DNA of 32,000 bases from Propionibacterium freudenreichii subsp. freudenreichii (lineage in GTDB: Bacteria; Actinomycetota; Actinomycetes; Propionibacteriales; Propionibacteriaceae). Numbering within the stretch: the first letter of the stretch is position 1; each line of letters begins with the position of its first letter. The notes under the pieces are model-generated. The model did not search any database. It was not told the DNA's origin and saw only the letters and a list, made by a program, of their open reading frames with translations. Shown here piece by piece: positions 17,439 to 23,135 of the stretch. The position numbers were made by a program, and so were the translations under genes. The DNA lies in contig NZ_CP010341.1 in assembly GCF_000940845.1 (NCBI RefSeq), positions 2,280,001-2,312,000 of the forward strand, given 5' to 3'.

Positions 17439-18788
17439 ATGAGCACTCTCACTGACACCACAGTCAATCCCGAGGCGGCCCTGACGCAGCGCACGCTGCT
17501 GCACCTGGCCACGGCCGGATCGGTGGACGACGGCAAGTCGACCCTGGTCGGGCGCCTGATGTACGACTCGAAGGCGGTGCTGGCCGACCAGCTGGAGGCC
17601 GTCGAGCGGGTGAGCCACGACAAGGGGCTCGGCACCGTCGACCTGGCGCTGCTCACCGACGGCCTGCGGGCCGAGCGCGAACAGGGCATCACCATCGACG
17701 TCGCCTACCGCTATTTCTCCTCGGCCGAGCGCAGCTACATCCTGGCCGACTGCCCCGGACACGTGCAGTACACGCGCAATACGGTGACCGGTTCGTCCAC
17801 CGCCGATGTGCTCGTGCTGCTGGTTGACGTGCGCAAGGGCGTGCTGCAGCAGACGCGGCGCCACCTGGCCGTGGGTGCCCTGCTGCGGGTGCCGCATGTG
17901 ATCGTTGCGGTGAACAAGATCGACCTGGTCGATTTCGACGAGGCGGCCTATGCACCGGTGGAGAAGCAGATCCGCGAGGTGGCCCATGAGGTGGGCCTCG
18001 ACGACATCACGGTGATCCCGACCAGCGCGCTCACCGGTGCCAACATCGTGGACCGTTCCGACGACCTGCCCTGGTACACGGGGCCGAGCCTGTTGGAGCT
18101 GCTCGACAACCTGGATCCGGTGCCCGATGCGGTGGAGGGCTTCCGCCTGCCGGTGCAGCTGGTGCTGCGTCCGCAGGGTGGCGCCATCGACCCGAAGTAC
18201 GTGGAGTACCGCGGGTATGCCGGCGAGATCTCGGCCGGACGCGTGCACGTGGGTGATCCGGTGGTGGTGTTGCCGTCCGGGCTGCGCTCAACGGTGGCCG
18301 GCATCGACCTGGCCGGCGAGCAGCTCGACGAGGCGGTGGCGGGCCAGTCGGTGTCGTTGCGCCTTGCCGACGAGATCGACGCACCGCGCGGCTCGCTCAT
18401 CTCCTCGGTGGCCGACGCCCCCGAGCCGGTGAAGCAGTTGGAGGCCACGGTTGCCTGGATGGCCGAGAAGCCGCTGCACCCGGGCGCGCGCGTGCTGCTC
18501 AAGCACGGCACGTCGACGGTGAAGGCGATCGTCAGCCAGATCGTCGGCAAGCTTGACCTCGACGAGATGGCGCCGGTGACCACCGACACGCTGGAGCTCA
18601 ACGACATCGGACGCGTCAGCATCAGGCTGGCCGCTCCGGTGATGGCCGAGAGCTACCTGGAAACCCGCCATGGGGGCGCATTCGTGCTCATCGACCCGCA
18701 GTCCGGATGGACGCTGGCTGCGGGGATGGTGCGCGGCCACGAGGTGTTCGGGGACTCCTTGGAGCCCGAACCCGACTGGCAGATCTGA
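17439..18788 (+). CDS. cysN: Sulfate adenylyltransferase subunit 1 (GTPase), without fused APS kinase domain
   Basis: Start is 2 nt after the cysD stop. G1 motif GSVDDGKSTL, then DCPGH and NKID. At 449 aa there is no room for a CysC domain. Confidence 0.9.
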   Translation: MSTLTDTTVNPEAALTQRTLLHLATAGSVDDGKSTLVGRLMYDSKAVLADQLEAVERVSHDKGLGTVDLALLTDGLRAEREQGITIDVAYRYFSSAERSYILADCPGHVQYTRNTVTGSSTADVLVLLVDVRKGVLQQTRRHLAVGALLRVPHVIVAVNKIDLVDFDEAAYAPVEKQIREVAHEVGLDDITVIPTSALTGANIVDRSDDLPWYTGPSLLELLDNLDPVPDAVEGFRLPVQLVLRPQGGAIDPKYVEYRGYAGEISAGRVHVGDPVVVLPSGLRSTVAGIDLAGEQLDEAVAGQSVSLRLADEIDAPRGSLISSVADAPEPVKQLEATVAWMAEKPLHPGARVLLKHGTSTVKAIVSQIVGKLDLDEMAPVTTDTLELNDIGRVSIRLAAPVMAESYLETRHGGAFVLIDPQSGWTLAAGMVRGHEVFGDSLEPEPDWQI

Positions 18789-18815
18789 GGTTTGGCCTGG
18801 CGGGGCCGAAACCTC
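18787..18815 (+). terminator. Candidate stem-loop immediately after cysN
   Basis: GAGGTTTGGCC (18787-18797) pairs with GGCCGAAACCTC (18804-18815), with one bulged G. It starts inside the stop codon. Confidence 0.4.
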
Positions 18816-18830
18816 GGTGAGGGAAGAGAG

Positions 18831-18867
18831 ACTGTGGCCCGGACGATGATTTCGTCCTGGCCACAGT
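18831..18867 (+). terminator. Long stem-loop, candidate terminator of the sir-cysHDN operon
   Basis: ACTGTGGCC-c-GGACGA, loop TGATT, then TCGTCC-t-GGCCACAGT: 15 paired positions with one C/T mismatch. No U-tract. Confidence 0.5.
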
Positions 18868-18890
18868 GCTGTCCGGCTGCGTGGTTCCGC

Positions 18891-18977
18891 AGGTGTGGGC
18901 CTGCATGTGTGGGCCTGCGCGTGGGGGCCTGCATATGGGGACCGCAGGTGTGGACAGCGTGGGGGTTGTTGGCCTGC
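18891..18977. repeat. Degenerate 14-bp tandem repeat (about 6 units, RYGTGKGGSCCTGC)
   Basis: Units: aggtgtgggcctgc, atgtgtgggcctgc, gcgtgggggcctgc, atatggggaccgc, aggtgtggacagc, gtgggggttgttggcctgc. Confidence 0.6.
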
Positions 18978-19031
18978 CATGGCCGGGGTGACTCGGCCGC
19001 GGCAGGCCCTGATCATGTGTGGCGGCTACGG

Positions 19032-19130
19032 GTGACGGGGTGAGCCGTCGCGTCTGGAGCTGCGGCGACGGGTTCAGCCGTCGCGTCCGGAGCTGCCGGC
19101 GACGGGTCCGGCCGTCGCGCTTACAGCTGA
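19032..19130. repeat. Three tandem ~33-bp units, each with a 7-bp-stem hairpin; the last unit overlaps the rpiB stop codon
   Basis: Units: gtgacggggtgagccgtcgcgtctggagctgcg, gcgacgggttcagccgtcgcgtccggagctgccg, gcgacgggtccggccgtcgcgcttacagctga. Each contains GCGACGG-N6-CCGTCGC. Confidence 0.8.
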
Positions 19131-19603
19131 TCGTGCTCGTCAAGGTCGTCGGCGGTGATGTCCTGGCCGTCCTCGAGCGCGGTGATCTCACCGACCCGGC
19201 GGGCGTGGCGTCCACCCTCGAAGTCGGTGGCAAGCCACACGTCGACGATCTCCTCGGCCAGGCCGTCGGCGACCACGCGTCCGCCCAGGGCAAGCGCGTT
19301 GGCGTCGTTGTGGGCGCGCGACATGCGGGCGGCGTAGACGTCGGAGGTGATGGCGCAGCGGATGCCGTGCACCTTGTTGGCCGAGATGCCGATGCCCACG
19401 CCGGTGCCGCAGACCACGATGGCCGTGGCGGCCTCGCCGTCGGCGACCTTGCGGGCGGCGGCCGCCCCATAGATCGGGTAGTCGACGCTCTCAGTGCTGT
19501 GCGTGCCGACGTCGATCACCTCATGGCCCTTGCCCTGCAGGTATTCCTTGAGGTGTTCCTTGAGATCGAAACCGGCATGGTCGCTGCCCATCGCGATGCG
19601 CAT
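19121..19603 (-). CDS. rpiB: Ribose-5-phosphate isomerase B
   Basis: 160 aa. Motifs: MRIAMGSDHAGFDLKEHLKEYL, VVCGTGVGIGISANK, NDANALALGGRV. SD aggagg upstream of the ATG. Confidence 0.95.
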   Translation of the reverse strand: MRIAMGSDHAGFDLKEHLKEYLQGKGHEVIDVGTHSTESVDYPIYGAAAARKVADGEAATAIVVCGTGVGIGISANKVHGIRCAITSDVYAARMSRAHNDANALALGGRVVADGLAEEIVDVWLATDFEGGRHARRVGEITALEDGQDITADDLDEHDQL

Positions 19604-19818
19604 TGTGCCTCCTGTGTGGCCCCGACGTTGGGGCTGCGAGCAGTGCGGGCGCGGTCAATGCCGGGCCCATGTCCATTGTGCGTCGTCGCGGGGCACCCGC
19701 ACATACGCCCGCAGCGATCGGACATCCCCCAGTTGCCCCGGACCCAGTTACCCCGGACAAGGGGCCGCGTGGTAGATCCGGGCGCGCCGCGCGGCACATC
19801 TGGGCACGCTTATCTGGT

Positions 19819-19912
19819 CACTAACTGGGCAGTTGTGCGGCACGTGGTCACTCTCCTGGTCACTAACTGGACACCAGTGCGGGAATGACGCCGCACAACT
19901 GTCCGCTTAGCG
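19819..19912. repeat. Family-B palindromic repeat, composite copy B2 (half copy plus full copy)
   Basis: Half copy CACTAACTGGGCAGTTGTGCGG (19819-19840). Full copy: arm CACTAACTGGACACCAGTGCGG (19861-19882), loop GAATGACG, arm CCGCACAACTGTCCGCTTAGCG (19891-19912). Confidence 0.8.
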
Positions 19913-19937
19913 GAGGTTCCGGCCCATCGATCCGGGA

Positions 19938-20618
19938 TCAGGCGCGGCGGGCGGCGGGCGCGTCCCACACGGCAACCCAGCGCCACAGGGGCACCCGCCA
20001 CCAGTGGGCACCGGGCAGGTTCCCCTCGATGAGCTCCCGGCTCTGCGTCCAGTTCAGGTCGGGTTCGGCGGTGAGCGTGTCGGGACGCCACCGGGTCTTG
20101 CCCAGGCCCAGCACGAGGTTGGCCGCCATGTCGCGGATCTCCAGGGGCCCGAAGGGGACGGGGCTGCGCGCGGTGTCGATCACCACCAGGCGTCCACCCG
20201 GCCGCAGCACGCGACGCATCTCCACCAGCCCCAGGTCCTCATTGAGGTGATGCAGCACCCCGACGCTCACCACGGCGTCGAAGCTGGCGTCGGGGAAGGG
20301 GAGCTGTTGGGCGTCGGCAAGCATGAAGTGCACGCCGGGCGCGTCGGGCGCCAGCACCTTGGCGTCGGCGTCGATGCCCACCACCTCGTGGCGAAGATCC
20401 TTGTCATCGAACGATTCCGGTGCCGGCTGGGGCTGCTTCAACCCGTCGCGACGTTCCCCCACGGGCACCGTGTCGCCGGTGGCCAGGTAGCGGGCCAGCG
20501 TGCCCTCGCCGCAGCCGACGTCGAGCACGACGCGATGCCCGTCGAGCAGTTCGGCGATGCGCGGGTAGTAGTGGGAGTTGTGGTTCCAGTGGCGGGCAAA
20601 GGGGTGTTGGTCAGCCAT
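19938..20618 (-). CDS. Class I SAM-dependent methyltransferase
   Basis: Motif I VLDVGCGEGTLARYL. Post-I/II region VVGIDAD, AVVSVGVLHHL, and LRPGGRLVVID. The start is 10 nt after the upstream VIT gene stop. Confidence 0.8.
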   Translation of the reverse strand: MADQHPFARHWNHNSHYYPRIAELLDGHRVVLDVGCGEGTLARYLATGDTVPVGERRDGLKQPQPAPESFDDKDLRHEVVGIDADAKVLAPDAPGVHFMLADAQQLPFPDASFDAVVSVGVLHHLNEDLGLVEMRRVLRPGGRLVVIDTARSPVPFGPLEIRDMAANLVLGLGKTRWRPDTLTAEPDLNWTQSRELIEGNLPGAHWWRVPLWRWVAVWDAPAARRA

Positions 20619-20628
20619 GTCGCCCGCC

Positions 20629-21426
20629 TCAGAGATGGGAGCCCAGCAGGGCGCCGATCACATAGGTGATGCAGATGGCCACCATGCCGCCGCCGATATT
20701 GCGGACGGTCGCGGCGCGCGTGGGGGAACCGCCCAGCTTGGCGCTCACCACGCCGGTGACGGCCAGCGCAAGTGCGGACGCGAGCACCGTGGCGAGCACG
20801 CGGGCGGATGGGGCCACCAGGGTGATCAGCAGCAGCGGCACCACGGCACCGATCGCGAAGCTCAGCATGGATGCGAAGGCAGCGGCCCACGGGTTGAGCA
20901 GCTCATCAGGGTCGATGTCGAGCTCCACCTCGGCGTGCGCGGCCAGCGCGTCGTGGTCGGTCAGCTCGACGGCCACCTGCCGGGCGAGGTCGTGGGAGAT
21001 CCCCTTGGACTCATAGGCAGTGGTGAGTTGGTCGAGCTTGCCGTCGGGATCACGCTCCAGGGCGGCTCGTTCCTTGGCCAGACCCGAGCGCTGCGCGTCA
21101 CGCTGGGTGCTCACCGAGACGTATTCGCCGGCGGCCATGCTCATGGATCCCGACACGAGACCCGCGACGCCGGCCACGAGGATCGCCCGGTTGTCGGCGC
21201 TGGCACCTGCCACGCCCAACACCAGACCTGCGGTGGACACCACGCCATCGTTGGCGCCCAGGACGCCGGCACGCAGCCAGTTCAGCCGTTCCGGAGAGGC
21301 TTCCTCTGACCCGTCGTCGTGCTTGTCCGGCCTGTTGCGGCCTGCAGGTTTCGATGGCCTCACGGCATCCACGTAGGTGATCCTCTCGTCCGGGGTGACG
21401 ATGCGTCGCCTCCACAGGCGGCGCAC
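20629..21426 (-). CDS. VIT1/CCC1-family (iron/manganese transporter-like) membrane protein
   Basis: NWLRAGVLGANDGVVSTAGLVLGVAGA, a central helical ferritin-like region, and C-terminal TM helices. GTG start at 21426 is uncertain. Confidence 0.8.
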   Translation of the reverse strand: MRRLWRRRIVTPDERITYVDAVRPSKPAGRNRPDKHDDGSEEASPERLNWLRAGVLGANDGVVSTAGLVLGVAGASADNRAILVAGVAGLVSGSMSMAAGEYVSVSTQRDAQRSGLAKERAALERDPDGKLDQLTTAYESKGISHDLARQVAVELTDHDALAAHAEVELDIDPDELLNPWAAAFASMLSFAIGAVVPLLLITLVAPSARVLATVLASALALAVTGVVSAKLGGSPTRAATVRNIGGGMVAICITYVIGALLGSHL

Positions 21427-21561
21427 TGACTACTCACCAAGTCAACCACCGGACGCGACGCCGGCATTCCCGTGCGCTGGCGGCGGGCAGCCCCCGCGGA
21501 CGCCACGTCGGCGCGGCATTCGCGGGCGCGCACGCCCGCGTGGGTGGGCCGAGGCCTGGCG

Positions 21562-21586
21562 GCGTCCGGCAAGAAACCCCGCTAGA
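21562..21586. repeat. Family-B repeat copy B3, left part (interrupted by the IS)
   Basis: GCGTCCGGCAAGAAACCCCGCTAGA matches the B1 left extension GCGTCCGGCAAGAAACCCCACTAAC. Confidence 0.8.
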
Positions 21587-22583
21587 TGTACTTCCCCGTG
21601 ACGTTGTGAACGCGGGCTGAGGGAGTCTGGCCGCCGATCCCGGTGTGGGGTCTGTGGTGATTGTAGTGATGGAGCCAGGTCTCGTAGGCTGCGGCGCGCT
21701 CGGCTTCGCTGGCGTAGGGCTTCGCGTAGGCCCACTCGACGGCGAGGGTTCGGTTGAACCGCTCGACCTTGCCGTTGGTCTGCGGCCGGTATGGCCGGGT
21801 CCACTTGTGCTTCACCTCGTCGCCGAGCGCGTCAGCGAAGGCGCCTGACCGGTAGCAGGAACCGTTGTCGGTCATCACCGCGGTGACTGTGACGCCCAGG
21901 CCTGCGAAGAACGCGTTCGCGCGGGTCCAGAACCCCGCTGCGGTCTCTTTGCGCTCGTCGTCAAGGATCTCTGAGTACGCGATCCGGGAGTGGTCGTCCA
22001 CGGCGTGGTGCAGATACCGGTAGCCGCGAGAGCCGGCTGCCCCGGCACGGGCTGCCTTGTCGCGGGCCACTCCCGCGTGACGGTCCTGCATGGATCCGCG
22101 ACCGTGGGCACGCCACCCGCCGCCGTCGGGGATCCGGCCTTGTTTCTTGATATCTACGTGCACGAGCTCGCCCGGCGCGGCGACCTCGTACCGTTTCGGC
22201 TTCGGGCGGCGAACCGGCAGCCCGGTGGCCTGGTCGATGTTGATCAGCTTCGGCATCTTGTATCGGGCGAGCACCCGACCGACCGTGGAACGGTGCAACC
22301 GCAGGTGATACGCGATCCGGTGCGGACCCCACCGGCGAGTGAACCGCAACGCGACGATCCGATGCTCCGTCTTACGCGGAAGCCGGTTCGGTGACGAGGT
22401 GGGCCTCGAACTACGGTCGATCAACGGCAGCCCTGCCCGGTACCTGTCGGCCCACCGCTTCACCGTCGCGGGCGAGCACTGGAACCGTTCCGCCGCCCGC
22501 CGCAACGACCAGCCCTGTTCCACGACGAGAACAGCAAGACGACGACGCCCTTCCGGTGTCAAGGGTGCGTTAGCGTGAGTCAC
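21582..22583 (-). CDS. IS481-family DDE transposase
   Basis: GTG 22583 is preceded by GGAGG with a 5-nt spacer; the track's ATG 22625 is less likely. The rve-type catalytic region includes HVDIKK, MTDNGSCYRS and RPYRPQTNGKVERFNRTL. The stop TAG (21582-21584) lies in the flanking target duplication. Confidence 0.9.
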   Translation of the reverse strand: MTHANAPLTPEGRRRLAVLVVEQGWSLRRAAERFQCSPATVKRWADRYRAGLPLIDRSSRPTSSPNRLPRKTEHRIVALRFTRRWGPHRIAYHLRLHRSTVGRVLARYKMPKLINIDQATGLPVRRPKPKRYEVAAPGELVHVDIKKQGRIPDGGGWRAHGRGSMQDRHAGVARDKAARAGAAGSRGYRYLHHAVDDHSRIAYSEILDDERKETAAGFWTRANAFFAGLGVTVTAVMTDNGSCYRSGAFADALGDEVKHKWTRPYRPQTNGKVERFNRTLAVEWAYAKPYASEAERAAAYETWLHHYNHHRPHTGIGGQTPSARVHNVTGKYI

Positions 22584-22679
22584 GAAGACCTCCGTGGTCA
22601 GGAGAGTGAGTGTGGTAACCCACATCCTGCCCGGAGGTCTTCGCTACCTCACCCGTTCACAACCTCCCGGGGAAGTACA
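21587..22679 (-). mobile_element. IS481-family insertion sequence (1093 bp) with 6-bp target duplication GCTAGA
   Basis: Terminal inverted repeats TGTACTTCCCCGTGACGTTGTGAACG (21587-) and, from the right end reverse-complemented, TGTACTTCCCCGGGAGGTTGTGAACG (24/26 identical). GCTAGA lies directly adjacent on both sides (21581-21586 and 22680-22685). There is a single DDE transposase gene. Confidence 0.9.
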
Positions 22680-22730
22680 GCTAGATGGGCACCTGTGCGG
22701 CGTCATTGCCGCACAACTGCCCACTTAGGG
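22680..22730. repeat. Family-B repeat copy B3, right part
   Basis: GCTAGATGGGCACCTGTGCGG, loop CGTCATTG, then CCGCACAACTGCCCACTTAGGG. Joining it to 21562-21586 minus one GCTAGA reconstitutes a full B element. Confidence 0.85.
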
Positions 22731-22825
22731 GACGAGTCCAGCACCGGCAACCGCTCGGCCCGGGGACGCCGCCAGGACACGGGTGATCCAGCCTCATGGC
22801 CACACCCACGAAGACAGGGTCGACA

Positions 22826-22847
22826 AAAGCACCGTCTACGGTGCTTT
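22826..22847. terminator. Orphan intrinsic-terminator-like hairpin
   Basis: AAAGCACCG, loop TCTA, CGGTGCTTT: a perfect 9-bp stem. It is flanked by A-run/T-run on both sides (TTTAT on plus, TTTTG on minus). No gene is adjacent. Confidence 0.5.
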
Positions 22848-22884
22848 ATCCGCACCTATCCCGCTAACCCCCCGCGCCCAGGGT

Positions 22885-22936
22885 CGTTAGGTGGCCACTT
22901 GTGCGGCGTCATTGCCGCACAACTGCCCACCCAGTG
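22885..22936. repeat. Family-B palindromic repeat, copy B4
   Basis: CGTTAGGTGGCCACTTGTGCGG, loop CGTCATTG, then CCGCACAACTGCCCACCCAGTG. Confidence 0.85.
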
Positions 22937-22999
22937 ACCGGATCGGGGCGGCGGGCCCGCACGTGAGAGCGACGACAGGCGGGCGTGACGAGGAACGCC

Positions 23000-23052
23000 G
23001 GTCACGTGGGGCGAGGTCACGCGAACCGCAGGTTACGGGGGTGAGGGTCACA
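23000..23052 (+). promoter_or_regulatory. Four direct GGTYACR repeats at 15-16 bp spacing upstream of the NadB-like gene
   Basis: GGTCACG at 23000, GGTCACG at 23015, GGTTACG at 23031, GGTCACA at 23046. Units 1, 3 and 4 also share a following GGGG. An inverted CGTGAC lies at 22984-22989. The array is 85-135 bp upstream of ATG 23136. Confidence 0.4.
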
Positions 23053-23135
23053 GGGGTGTCGCCGCACGCCCCCGGCCCGGCGCCCGTGGCATGCTGAGGG
23101 GGATTCATTGATCCATGGGCGCCAGGAGAGTTGAC

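Noticed and set aside
994-22936. CRISPR array or integron attC interpretation of the palindromic repeats.
   Set aside because: The copies are kilobases apart with genes between them, and no regular repeat-spacer periodicity exists. There are no cas or intI genes in the window, and no GTTRRRY / RYYYAAC core sites at the element ends.
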